Shown: in pieces, positions 48,274 to 60,187 of the stretch | Layout of the letters: each line of letters begins with the position of its first letter | Numbering within the stretch: position 1 is the stretch's first letter | Assembly (NCBI RefSeq): GCF_041146345.1 | Contig: NW_027191411.1 | Span: forward strand, 496,001-560,000 | DNA: 64,000 nt | Direction: 5' to 3' | Origin: Neodothiora populina | Lineage: Eukaryota | Program-made: the position numbers and the translations under genes | Notes under the pieces: generated by a model | Told to the model about the DNA's origin: nothing | Databases searched by the model: none | What the model saw: only the letters and a program-made list of their open reading frames with translations

Positions 48274-49364
48274 TACCTTCTATTCATCCCGAAGACTACA
48301 TGTAACGCTCGTCGAACATGAGATTCAAAACCACTCATTCCACACTCACGTGCACGCTCTACCCTCCTTGAGGCACGAGAGATCGCACATCCAAGACACT
48401 GCTATCACAACATCCGTTGACCTAGTCCTGTGACAGATGAGCCCGCAGTATTCACTTCTAATAACAGGTACGAAAACCATGTTCATGCAAGCATATCCTA
48501 TACCGTTCAGTCCTTGCAGAATATCAGAATCCGAACATTAACTAGGTATCAAGGTACGCTCGACCCATCGCGTGTCATCAATATTGAGCCAACACATGTC
48601 GTGTCTGGTAGAACAATCAGTTTGGCCCCGTCTGCGGCACACTGTATCTTGCATCGCAGTTTTGTTTGGCCCCCTGCAGCTCATCGAACTACCTCACGTG
48701 GCAACTCGTCAGATATGACGGCATGATACATTATGCATGCACCCAAACTCGCATAGCATGAATGATCACATCTCCGTTTTGCCAAAGATGGGACAAGCAT
48801 GCAGCACTTGTACAAAGGCCTCATGATCGGTCAGCACCTACCCACTCTAGGCTGTCGTAGACAAGTCGACAGCTCAAATAGTTGTGATTATGTGAATCCA
48901 TCATAGGTTCTATACGGAGCTACCATCTTAGCAAGCAAGATAGACTGCACACCTGTCAGTCAGCTAAGCCAAGCAGTGCAGTGCAGTGCATGATGTCTGC
49001 CTTACTGAGCCGCCCCCACAGTCCGGGACCAGGAGATCTTATATTAGCATCCTTCTGCATCCGTTTCTTCGACACTCTACTCGTTGCATGCCAAGGCACA
49101 ACCATCGTTCTTCTGGACAGAGTGAGGGTGCTAGCGGAGATCGATGTTTTATCATTGTCGAACATGACTAGATTTGATAATCGTGATTTGTTCTACGTAA
49201 AAGGCTCATTCTAGGAGATCATTATAATGCGTGCCTGGAAGCAAAACTCCAAGCCAAGCTCCCTCATGCCGACAATTATTTCAACCCAGCGCCATGCTAT
49301 GGAATCAAGATAAGTATGTGAAACAAACAACAAGGAAGCAACAAAACAATGACTCTTATCATTT

Positions 49365-51155
49365 TCACCTTCCTCCCTGAATCGGTTCGAACGCGACTTC
49401 GCCGTCAGTGTCTGCCTTACCAGAAGACGAACCAGACGCTGGCGAGCCATCTTCAAGTGTGCTCTCGTCTTCGTCGCGAGACTTCATGTAATGTCCATGA
49501 CCCACTTGTCCAGCGTCAATGGTCCTGTAATCATCAGGTGCTACAACACGATCTTCGCCCTCGCCTTGTTGACTGTATGTCCTGTGAGGATGATTCTTGT
49601 ATCCTCTTACCTCTTCGCCTTTTTCGACATCTTGCTCGATAGGTACATTCTTCTTTACACCGTCGGCCTTGCCAGGCGTGGGCGCAAATTTCGAGCGTTC
49701 TCGGATGGGTCCGCCGTAGCGGTAGAAGACGAAGGGGATTGGTGCGAGTAGACAAGCAACTCCGCCAATGAGAGAGCCCCCACCGCCGACGCCAAGAGCG
49801 TCGAACATGTACTGTGTAAATAGAGGAGCTGCTGCACCTGCTGCAGATCGAGCCACAGTATTTGCGGCAAGTGCCGAGGCAGCGAACATGAGGTACGTGT
49901 CGGTAAGATAATTGAGGAAGGCAACGAAGATGAGGAGGATTGACGAAGCCAAGAAAACACCAGCAATACAGGGCACAATCCAGTGAACGCTGTTGTACTG
50001 GCCAGTCCAAGCAAACCAGAACATGGTGACAGGAAAAAGGATACCTCCAACCATGGCAATGATGAGACGGTCTTCGGGTTTGCCCTTATAACCTGCAGCA
50101 GCCTTCTTTCGCTCCCTGGCAGTGAATGCAAACACAATCAGACCCGCGATTACTGCACCAATTGCTGTCCCTATGAGCGGTAGCTCACCCACGCCGGAGT
50201 TCCATCCTCGCTTTTGTTGGAACACAATTGGGTAAATCGTAAAGAGCATGTACAAAAGACAGTACACGACGGACAGATAGATGGCACAGAAGAACGAGAT
50301 CGGGTCGACGAGGATCTTCCAGGGTCTAGTCAAGGCGACAGCATATAATGTGGTAAGTCGACGATCTGTAACTTCGAGTGGTGCCTTTACGTCTTCATAT
50401 CCCGGAATCTTCAGTCGTCGCAGTCTTCGTGCCTTGTTCAGAAGCACTATTGACGGAAGGGTTTCCGGAATCGTGAACATCAAGGGCAAAGTGCAACCAG
50501 CTAGCCACAAGAGGACATAGAACATCCATCGCCAGTCCTCCTTGAGCTCAAGAAAGCCTCCGATGACTGGACCAAGTGCGGGGCCAATGAAAGTCATCAT
50601 GGAGAACAAGGCCATGGCATTGCCTCGATCCAGCGGGCCCCAGATATCTGCCAGCACACCGGGAGCATTCGATAGTGATGAACTTGCAAACGTGCCAGTG
50701 AGGAAACGACCAACAAGCAGTCCACCAAAGTTAGGGGAGAAGGCACAAAGAAAGTTGAAGGTTAGATATAGTATGAAGGTGATGTAAAAGACCCATCGAC
50801 GACCGTAAAATTCGGAGAGTGGTGCCCACACCAAAGGCCCTGCACAGTAACCCAGGAGGAAAAGCGTGATCACCAGGCCAGCTGCTTCTGTAGAAACGTG
50901 TAATTCAGCGGAAATACTTTCCAGCACGCCGGACGGGCCAGAAGAAGCGAATGTAGCATTGATGACTAGTAGGACGGCGCATAGCGTGATATACCATCGA
51001 CGGGCAGAAGACCAATTCTTGGGATTTTCAATGTCATCTGGCGAGAAATCCAAAAGGCCATCGTCATTGAGCCATGGTTCTTCAGATGACTCGACTGCTC
51101 GAGATCTGTACGGTTTTGCAGTAGGCCGTGAGAGTATTCTCTCTATAGTATCCAT
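49365..51155 (-). CDS. MFS drug:H+ antiporter DHA1 (TPO/FLR1-like polyamine/multidrug transporter)
   Basis: DIENPKNWS..RRW, APLSEFYGRR, LLVGRFLTG, GPALGPVIGGF, WRW, PETLP, PEDRL, ASALAANTVARS, IRERSKFA; about 12 TM segments. Start MDTIER at 51155. Confidence 0.93.
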   Translation of the reverse strand: MDTIERILSRPTAKPYRSRAVESSEEPWLNDDGLLDFSPDDIENPKNWSSARRWYITLCAVLLVINATFASSGPSGVLESISAELHVSTEAAGLVITLFLLGYCAGPLVWAPLSEFYGRRWVFYITFILYLTFNFLCAFSPNFGGLLVGRFLTGTFASSSLSNAPGVLADIWGPLDRGNAMALFSMMTFIGPALGPVIGGFLELKEDWRWMFYVLLWLAGCTLPLMFTIPETLPSIVLLNKARRLRRLKIPGYEDVKAPLEVTDRRLTTLYAVALTRPWKILVDPISFFCAIYLSVVYCLLYMLFTIYPIVFQQKRGWNSGVGELPLIGTAIGAVIAGLIVFAFTARERKKAAAGYKGKPEDRLIIAMVGGILFPVTMFWFAWTGQYNSVHWIVPCIAGVFLASSILLIFVAFLNYLTDTYLMFAASALAANTVARSAAGAAAPLFTQYMFDALGVGGGGSLIGGVACLLAPIPFVFYRYGGPIRERSKFAPTPGKADGVKKNVPIEQDVEKGEEVRGYKNHPHRTYSQQGEGEDRVVAPDDYRTIDAGQVGHGHYMKSRDEDESTLEDGSPASGSSSGKADTDGEVAFEPIQGGR

Positions 51156-52494
51156 TCTCAATGACAGGGTTACGGTGAAGCACCAATGCAGAAGTTGAGA
51201 GCCAGAGAGGATATTTTGAATGGCAAGGCATATATTGGCCACTTATGCAGGAAGGAAAAGCAGTGTTTCTAAGCAGACATGTAGCAAATGTAGAAAAACG
51301 GATTTAGGAGGCATGACACGGTAGTTACACCGACTTGAAAGAAGCGAGCACGGGTTTAATGAGGCTTACAAGTAGTCATGTACAGTAGATCATCCGTCCA
51401 TGAACACTAATTGCCGCATTAAGCGTGTACGTTCCTCGGACATAACAAAGCAAGCTGGGCCCGAACAGCTTTCGTTCGAAGTCAGTTGCGGGGAAGTGTC
51501 CCAGGTTCTTCTTCTCCGCCCTATTCAAATGTCATATCACTATTTGAGTGCTTCATGCACGTCTGCGCAGGTCATCTGCTGCTGCTGATACGCCATTTAT
51601 TCCGTTTTGACGCAAGAGGACGAGATGTTCTTACTCATCCGCTGCTGCAATGCACCACGCCTTGTAACCTTGAGAAGGATGACTGTTACGAATGGAAGAA
51701 CACAGCATTGGCCCCTCTCGTATGTGAAATCGCATGAACGGACGGGAAGCGTGCCGAATGGCGCTTTCTTCTCCCACGGCATGGGTTGGTGCTCGGGAGT
51801 TCAAAAGCTTAAAGGTCCAGAAAGTGGTAGGTGTTTCGCGATGCGTGCGTGCCCTATGGGCTACGTACGTCAGCGGCATTGGCACCGCCGATTCGCAACT
51901 GAAGACGTTTGCTACAAAGGTTCGCATCTTCGAAAGTGGGTAAGTCGACCGACGTTACAAAGCACTTCGTTTCGCTTGAGGAGGGGTGGGGGGGGGGGCC
52001 CGAGGTATCCCCGCGTCTTGATTTGTCTAAAAGAGGCTTGCAGGGCCGTAGAACATGATTCCTCTGCGCGCCCTATGCCAATTTTCACTCATGCCACGCT
52101 TCAACTCGTATCTGTGACTTTGTGGTGCCCAGCGCCATTATTGTTTTGGCAAAGACCCACCTTAATATCAACATCCTTGGAAGTCTTGAGAAGTTCTTCG
52201 CTTTTCATGAAAAATGATTGTGTCATGGAGAATTAACCATTCTGCCAAAAGAGGCATCGATCGACTATCGATAAGGACCGACGAAGAGGCATAGGCCACC
52301 CCAAGAATCGTAATATGTCGTAATCAAAGACTTTTAATCTCGCGTCGTGTAGTGCGGTAAGTGTGTGACTAATGACCATGTCTCGTATACTAGATGGAGT
52401 GGGCATAGGGCATCTTATTGTATAGTAGTTTTCCTTGTACATACTCGTATCTTTATCATTGTCATTATTTTTATTCTATAATTATAGAACAGTC

Positions 52495-54230
52495 ATGTCG
52501 TCTCTACCAACACGCGCTGCTGATAACCAGCAGCTGGACCGAGCAGGCGAAGTGCAGGATGTAAGGTTCTTGTCGGCGAGATAATCTCAATCTAATCTGT
52601 AGAGTCGTGTCAATATACTGATCTTATCGTAGCTTATCGACTCCATCAAAGACCTTATCGTTCCGTTCATTCGTGCTGCTGATGTCGATGCTGCTTCCAA
52701 AAGCACCGGTCACGGCTTGCAAGTGGATGGGCAGGGGCCCCGTACTGCGCTAGTAGAGTATCATCCTCCACAGAAGTTGCAGTCTCTCTTCAAACCGCAA
52801 TTGCCTACTCAGGGTGCCGGCAAGGAGGGACTACTGCAAGTTGTGCAGGATGTGCTAAAGTACAGCGTCAACACTTGGGATCAGGGGTTTCTGGACAAGC
52901 TATACGCCAGTACTAATGCCGTTGGTGTCGCCACCGAGCTCTTGCTGTCCGTCCTCAACACGAATGTGAGTTTCCCATTTCATCTGTGAGTATCGACGCG
53001 AGCGCAGTAATTGATTGAGAGTCTCAGGTCCACGTTTACCAAGTCTCTCCTGCTCTGACAATTGTCGAGAAAACTGTGACTCGGGCACTTGCTACTCTCT
53101 ATGGGTTCAAGGGTGCTCACAGCGGTGGTATCGCTCAACCTGGTGGTAGTGCTTCCAATCAGACTTCCGTCGTTATAGCTCGTAATACTCTCTATCCTGA
53201 TACTAAGGTCAACGGTATTCAAGGCAAGAAGTTCGTTCTCTTCACATCTGCGCATGGTCACTACTCGCTCGAAAAGGCTGCACAAATGTTCGGCTTCGGC
53301 AGTGGCGCAGTAAGGGGTGTTGCTGTCAACGAACAGGGACAGATGAAGCCAGATGCGTTAGACGAGGCGATCGAGCAGGCAAAGAAGGCTGGCGAGGTGC
53401 CCTTCTACGTCAATGCGACTGCAGGCACTACAGTTCTCGGCAGCTACGACGATGTCGGTCAGATCGCAGACGTGATAGCCAAACACAAGGACACTCCTAT
53501 TTGGTTACATGTCGACGGCTCTTGGGGCGGGCCGGTTGTGTTCTCGAAGAAGCACGCACCAAGCAAGCTACCAGGCATCGAAAAGGCTGACAGTATTGGT
53601 GTCACGCCGCATAAGATGCTCAGTGTGCCAGTGACGAGTTCCTTCTTACTTTGCAAGGACATGCGACAATGTCAAGCAGCCATGACGCTGCCTGCAGGCT
53701 ACTTGTTCCACAATTCTGACGACGACGACGAGAGCGCAGCCGATTCCTCAGCGTTGGACTCGAAAGGCAATGTCGAGGCATCTGCTCCCGCTCGCGAGAT
53801 CTTCGACCTGGCGGACTTGACACCGCAATGCGGTCGTCGTGGTGATGCGCTGAAGCTGGCTCTGTCCTGGGTCTACTATGGACAAGAAGGACTGGAAGCT
53901 CGCATCGACAGTGGCTTCGAGATGAGCAAGTATCTCGCCGACCTGGTGGGAAGCAAGGAGAACTTCACTCTTGTGAGCGAAAACCCGCCGCCGTGCTGGC
54001 AGGTGTGCTTCTACTACAACAAGCAGGAAGGTTCCGGCCATAGAAACAAGAACAGCAAGATCACCGAGCAGATCGCACGCGCGCTCGTTCCAAAGGGCTT
54101 CATGATCGATTACTCGCCTGGCGAAGATGGAATGTTCTTCAGAGTGGTTGTTAACGGCGGCACCAGAAAAGAAACTGCTGAGGGACTCGTCAAGGCCATT
54201 GACGACATTGGCAAGGATATCAAGATTTGA
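52495..54230 (+). CDS. Group II PLP-dependent decarboxylase (GAD/CSAD/GADL1-like); exons 52495-52560, 52633-52965, 53028-54230
   Basis: YSVNTWDQGFLDKLY, LNTNVHVYQVSPALT (spliced), PGGSASN, HYSLEKAA, ATAGTTVLGSYD, WLHVDGSWGG, PLP-binding lysine in PHKML, and QCGRR. Confidence 0.92.
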
Positions 54231-54547
54231 GCAACGCTCTGAACTTTGTTGTAAATACTCATTGCAGCGCCTTCTAGTGAGTGCAGGATGGGGCATAAGG
54301 TATCACCGTCTCATCATATCAAAAATGGAGGTTGAATACTAGACACAATATGATACACACCAGAAATAGATTCACAAGAGAAGAAAAGAGTTCACGCTTC
54401 CACGATTGTACTGCATATATCAGCGCTGTATCAAACAGCCACGACCCATAAGCAATACAAAGACAAGAAGACCAGCTTCCAATATCAGACCCATTATCCA
54501 TCTATTTCACCCCTGAATCCGTCGCTTTCCAGCATTATGCGCCGCGC

Positions 54548-54748
54548 TCACATAGCAGGCTTCTCATACTTGCTAACAATCCACCAAGCATGAATGACAC
54601 CCGGAATCCAGCCCAAGATAGTCAAACAGATATTAATCAGGAAATTTGAGTCGCAGCCGGTCTTGAGAAACACTGCGACCGGAGGCAGGAAAAGAGCGAG
54701 GAAGTAGAGGAGGACGTCGCTAGTGGAGGATGGAGGGGAGTTGGCCAT
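54548..54748 (-). CDS. PMP3: Plasma membrane proteolipid PMP3/UPF0057
   Basis: LALFLPPVAVFLKTGCDSNFLINICLTILGWIPGVIHAWWIV. Confidence 0.93.
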   Translation of the reverse strand: MANSPPSSTSDVLLYFLALFLPPVAVFLKTGCDSNFLINICLTILGWIPGVIHAWWIVSKYEKPAM

Positions 54749-56073
54749 CTTGGTCTTGGTTTACTTCTTTTGCTCGTGGGTGGGACCGTTCGAGTGATTT
54801 GGAGGTTTGTTGAGGTTGTGGGTGTTGCTTGCTTTGGTTCGGTGTTGTTTGTTTTTTATGGTCGAGTACTATTGTAGATCAACACTTTCTAATCGCATTG
54901 TTGTGTTAATTCTCTCATCACACATGAAAACATATACTCGCACAGGACCACGGTTTCATCGACTTACATTGCCAAAGCCAGACTTCTCGTCAATCAGTTC
55001 CACGGCTCGACAGCAAGGATTCAACAGCTCAGAATTCAACAGCGCGGATCAAAATTGTCCGACCGCGCAGGCAGCACTATTTACTATATATACGCAAACA
55101 TCTATACAAGGGCAATTTAAATTGCCACTACGGGCACCTGAACCGACCGCACGGACGTAACAGGGATGACGTTGCCTTTGTCCATCGTTGAAACAAGCTT
55201 TTTCTTGCTTCCATCCGGACAGAACGGCACGGATTAATATCAGATTACTCTTTGCGGTAGCGATCGTCTTGGCTCCGTACGATTGTCCTGAGTAAGATAC
55301 TGTACAGCAGGAACTCGCTCATTGTGGTTCGCTTCGATTTGATGGGTTAATATGTCTCTGGACCTTGTGATGAAGCGTCTCACGCGCTGTAGCGCATTTC
55401 GTACTCGCTCTTTCACATAACTAGGCTCGGAGATTTTCTTTGTGTTTTGTGTTTAAGTACTGACATTATTATATCTCCGTATAGTAAACCAAGATATCTG
55501 AATCGTGCACAATACACATGCGCTGCTTATGATTCATGGGTGCATAAGGTGCGAGCTCTATCGTCAGCTGGTCCGATGTTGTGCTCCTCCAGGATCATCC
55601 GGATAGACTCGTGCTTAGACAGTCGGAACAGGGTATCGGATTGCCTACGGAGTACTTGTCTGGATATGTCCGAGGGCCGAGCTTCTCCGCGTTATACAGG
55701 TGCACCTGTTCAGAAGGTGACGAGCCGGTACGATAGCCCTTTGGAAAGACCCTAGCATCCATGAAAACAGACGATGGTGGTGACCATTAATGGACCGGTA
55801 CATAAATCGGCACTGATAGGGATAGCAAGTACTATGCACGCAAGCATAGTTCGACATTTCCATCAGGCGACTACGAGTTGTCAACGACTCGATTGACATA
55901 TTGGGCTGGTGGCTCACCAAAGTGCCATTGGAGTCTCTTTGTGGCGCACCATTGGGAGACATTGGGACTGACACAGAGAAAACTTAAGACCCAATCCGTT
56001 CCTTAGGTATGATGTAGATATCCCATCATGTTAAGCAGAATAGAGCAATATATACAAATGCTGTGTCCCAGTA

Positions 56074-57096
56074 TCAGCTCCCAGTCAAGGCGCCCAAAGC
56101 ACTAGTAAGCTTAGATACAGCATAAAGAATCGGATTCTCGACAAGCCCTGTGATAGCATCAACGCCTACCAGTACCGCTCTCAAGCTATGCTCACCCAAG
56201 ATCGATCCCTCGGGAACAACTTCGCCATTAGCAATGTTCAACTCAAATATCATTGCCCCCAAAGTACTCAAAGTCGTCGGCTCGAGAGTTGGTCTCCAAC
56301 CTTCCTCGTAAGGTAGACGTTCCTCCTGGAAGAACACATTGACGTAATCAACAGGTGCAGATCCAGTCGTGGGGTCACCCATGGTAGAGAGGTAAAGAGC
56401 GGTTTCGCCGTAACTGAGGATGAATTGCGCAGGTCCATAACTGAATTCTGGGTCTCTGGCTGCCTCAGTCGTGACTCTGTTAAACTTTGCTTTGGCAGCA
56501 GTTTCGATGGTTGCGTTGTCCTGGTTTGCGAAAAACGCAGTCACGGAGTTCCAGATGGTCTGATTGAAAGAGTGATTATCACCCGTGCTAGCGTCCGCAC
56601 GAGACAGAGAGGCGTCATGTTCGATGACAAAGTCGTGTTTTTGCAACATGTCAAGGTCGAAGTAGAGAAGCTCAGGGTCCGGATTCGAGGCGAATCCAGC
56701 TGTTCCAATCGCTAAGGTGAAGTCGGCGCCCATGTTCAGACCTTTTGCAAGACATGCTGTGAGGATTGGAAGGGTGTAACCTTTTCCGCTTCGAGGACAT
56801 ATGTCATGATTTGCCAGAGAGTTGAGACCCGGGCATGGCGAGCGGACTAGACGTCGGAGATATATTTAGCAGAGACACTTGAAAAATAGTCATCGTGGTG
56901 AGCTACCTTCGCCAGGTCGTGCAGGGTGCCACGCAGGGAAAGACGACGCTGATGAGCCACTTGCTGAGGTAGTAGCGGCAGCAGCCTTGGGGTGTCGTTG
57001 AATGATTTTCAGATCGCGCCTAGCACCTCCCAAGCCAGGAAAAGCAGCAGACGAGCAGATCAGCGCTGCAGTGGTCAAAAGTGACAAAATCGACAT
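56074..57096 (-). CDS. Heme-thiolate peroxidase / short unspecific peroxygenase (Peroxidase_2); exons 57096-56907, 56846-56074
   Basis: Signal peptide; spliced GEVRSPCPGLNSLANH (proximal PCP); IEHDASLSRAD; SYGETALYL; FFQEERLPYEEGWRP. Intron GTAGCT...GCTAAA...TAG. Confidence 0.93.
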
Positions 57097-57748
57097 CTCT
57101 GGTAAGAATAATTGTTCAAAAGAAATGATGTTCGAATTCACGAAGCAGGCAGCCATCACTTTGTCTTCAAACAATCTCCCACATCTTCTATCTGCACGAG
57201 CCGCGGCTGTTTTGAATAGCACGGCTCGATACTTTTCATTTCTGGAACCCCATTGTCAATCGCTAGTCCATCCATCCGTGTTGTGCATCATTGGACTGAA
57301 GATCCATCTCTCCCCCACAAAAGCTTAAGTTCAGCCAAGGCAGATGGGATGCCAAATCTGGACTTCGCAAAGGGAGATCTGCAGTGATCGACGTTGTGAA
57401 AGATGTAAATGCCGAGGTGTACGTAAATACTTTCAACGACCAGTGGTTGACTACGTGTGTTGTGGGTGTTTGCGCAATATGTATGCATTAATTGCTTGAA
57501 GATGTCTCTACGATCGACGTCGTCGTTCGACTGTGACGCTGTCAATTGTGGGGAATCTCTATCGCTGAGGTTGCCCCTCCTGGTGTGCCATCTGCAGCTC
57601 ACAGCGAGACAGAACAAGCTGCCGGTAACATCTGAATGATGGCAGAAAAGCTCCAGTATCTTGAGATACCCCTTAAGCGCGTACAAACAGGGTCCTCGTT
57701 TGTCGAATTCCCACTTCTACCGAGAATTCTCTCATCTTGGGCATGTCA

Positions 57749-58290
57749 TCTCTCGACTCTGAGAAGGAAAAGGCTAGAATGGTCGAAGGTATGGTTTATC
57801 TCGTAGTTCTTGGCGCTTTATACAATTCATTTAGTTCTAGTTCCTGACTCCGGGAAGAATGATAGACAGGATGGCAAGAAGGAGTTTCACAGTGATTGGA
57901 TCTGATTATGTAATCATGTGAGATCCACTAGTCAGATTCCGGACGTGAAGTTATCAAAATTGTGTTAGTCAATGATATACGAATGGACATCTACTTTCTG
58001 ATCACTCGATCCTGTTAGATCGGGAAAATGACCTAGACGTATACCGGGGTCTGTCTCATTCCTCGACTCCGAAAAGAAGAAGTACGAAATGCTGAAGAGT
58101 ATCACTTTTTCGCCTACCAAAACTCTTGGCGGATGTGAAGCCCAACCTCTGACCCATCCATTCCTCGACTCCGAGAAGAAAAAGGACGAAATGGCCAGAT
58201 GTATGGTTTCTCCTCCTGAATCTTGGCGCTCCATCAAATCCATATTGGTCCAGTTTCTCGACATCGAGAAGAAGAAAGCCAACATGGCGC
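57749..58290 (+). repeat. Degenerate ~95-bp repeat array (five recognisable units); probable relic of a repeat-protein gene
   Basis: Core TTCCTCGACTCCGAGAAGAA...ATGG occurs at ~57749, 57841, 58059, 58161 and 58254. The best-preserved units translate as FLD(S/I)EKKKxxM. Confidence 0.7.
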
Positions 58291-58766
58291 GTCGCATCGC
58301 TTTTTTCTCTCCCGGATATTAACTTCTCAAGTCCAACATAATCGCACGAGTTTTGGCGTATCAAACCGCGATCATCATTTCCTGATTTTGGTCTTCCATG
58401 ATCTTGTATAAAGATGACACTACTCTTGTCTAGATCAGTCCGGTCCTTTGCTTATCCCAGATTAGTGGCTGATATGATGCAGGTAATCTATAGAAGGTGA
58501 AAAGTATACGCGCTCTCTTCTAAAGCCTGCAAGGGGCAGTCAAAATCATTGAGTCAGGTCTGAGGAATAGAGAACCAAACCGGCGCTGTCACTTCGCTTC
58601 AGTCTCCCTTCTCTATCTTGTCTCTGGCCGATTTCAAGTCAATCTACTGCCCCCTATCTTTAGAACAGACTCGGCCGGATTCATAAATCGTCTACACCCT
58701 GCCATAGATATCCATCATATATGTACAACCCCATCTCTACCATCAAGACGCAAGCCATCAACATGC

Positions 58767-59636
58767 TCACAAAACCCGATAAGAAACCCTCGAAACCCCC
58801 TTCGACCTCGCGATCTTCCTGACCTCAATCCCGCCCACAAGCTTACAATCCTCGACATGCGTACCACCACACGGATACGCACCCAGCCCCACAATCTCCA
58901 CGACCCTAGCCCTCTCCTCTCCGTCCGGCAGCCCAAACCCGTCCGCCACACCACTGCATTTGCTCATGACGTCCGCCAGGCTCCAGTAATGGATCCTGAC
59001 TCCAGCTCCGGAAGCCACGAACTCGTCCGTCCGCTTCTGAATCGCGGCTTTATGCACACCGTCGATGAGACCCACGAATTCCACTGCGGCGGAGTCAGGG
59101 TAATGAGACGCCTTTGACTCGACGAGGTCAGTGGGCAGAACGCCTTCGGCACTCAGAGTGTTGATCGCTAGCCCTAGGATGTGGCCAGCTGTGTGCAGGC
59201 GCGAGTGGAGGTCGCGTTTCGCGGAGTCGATTTGTTGCAGGATGGGGAGGGGGGGGGCGAAAGGAATGGGGCTGTTGTTGTTGTTGTGCGGGAGCCGGGG
59301 CGCGAAGTGCCCGAAGTGCAGGATCTCGTGGCCGGCGGATGGGTAGCGGACGGAAGTCACGCGGAAGGAAACCTCTTCTTTCTTGTCCTCTTCCATGCTT
59401 TTCAAAGAGTCGTCTACATAGGGCCTGATAACCCCCGTATCAGCCGGCTGGCCCCCGCCCTGAACATAGAAAATCGTCTCATCCGTGACCAGCGCAAGAT
59501 CGTCAACAGCAGGATCCTTGACCAGTGCGCGATCGGCTTCTGGAAGTGAAGATGTGGGCGTCACGCGAACGATCTTGCTCATGTGTTGGCGTAGAGCGCC
59601 GTTGTCCATGTAGAGTTTTTTGGTGCCTGCGGACAT
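58767..59636 (-). CDS. Freestanding alanyl-tRNA editing protein (AlaX/AARSD1-like, ThrRS/AlaRS SAD domain)
   Basis: TKKLY, TIFYVQGGGQPADTG, zinc-binding HTAGH and CGGTH motifs. Confidence 0.9.
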   Translation of the reverse strand: MSAGTKKLYMDNGALRQHMSKIVRVTPTSSLPEADRALVKDPAVDDLALVTDETIFYVQGGGQPADTGVIRPYVDDSLKSMEEDKKEEVSFRVTSVRYPSAGHEILHFGHFAPRLPHNNNNSPIPFAPPLPILQQIDSAKRDLHSRLHTAGHILGLAINTLSAEGVLPTDLVESKASHYPDSAAVEFVGLIDGVHKAAIQKRTDEFVASGAGVRIHYWSLADVMSKCSGVADGFGLPDGEERARVVEIVGLGAYPCGGTHVEDCKLVGGIEVRKIARSKGVSRVSYRVL

Positions 59637-60187
59637 GGTTGTTGCTGCTGGGGAAAGACTTGATTAATTCCCTATTCTTTTGGTTTTCCTTTGTTATATA
59701 CAACGAAAGTTCAAGTACTGCAGATAGCGAAGAAAATATATTGACAAGATCCAGCATACCTTATATATGGAATGCAAAATAAAGAAAATGTCGTTGATGC
59801 ATCGACTAGACGTGTCTTGTGGCGACGTCGTAGGGCGCGGCGGCGCACACGGGCAAGCCTTCGACCTTCCTGATTCGGACATGGAATGTCCATTTGCGAA
59901 ATCCGGCCAGGGTCACCGTACTTTTGTACACAAGCATCAGCAACAGCAATAGCAGCAGCAGCAACAGTAGTGCAGACATTGACCGTTTATGCGATATAGA
60001 CACACGTAGACGACATACCTTGCCTGTGTGATGTTGATAGGTTGGTAGTTTACGCAGGAATGCAAGTGAGACTGTCCATTTTATTCTGGAATGGATGGGA
60101 TGTATATATGATATACACAACTTTGACCTTCCCACCGAAAGGTCGTTTCGTGCGGTCGAGAACTTTTTATTATGCTACACGGAAATA

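Noticed and set aside
51607..52236. 209-aa ORF between the MFS and decarboxylase genes
   Set aside because: TTG start, runs through the G-tract and has no motifs; it lies in the divergent promoter region.
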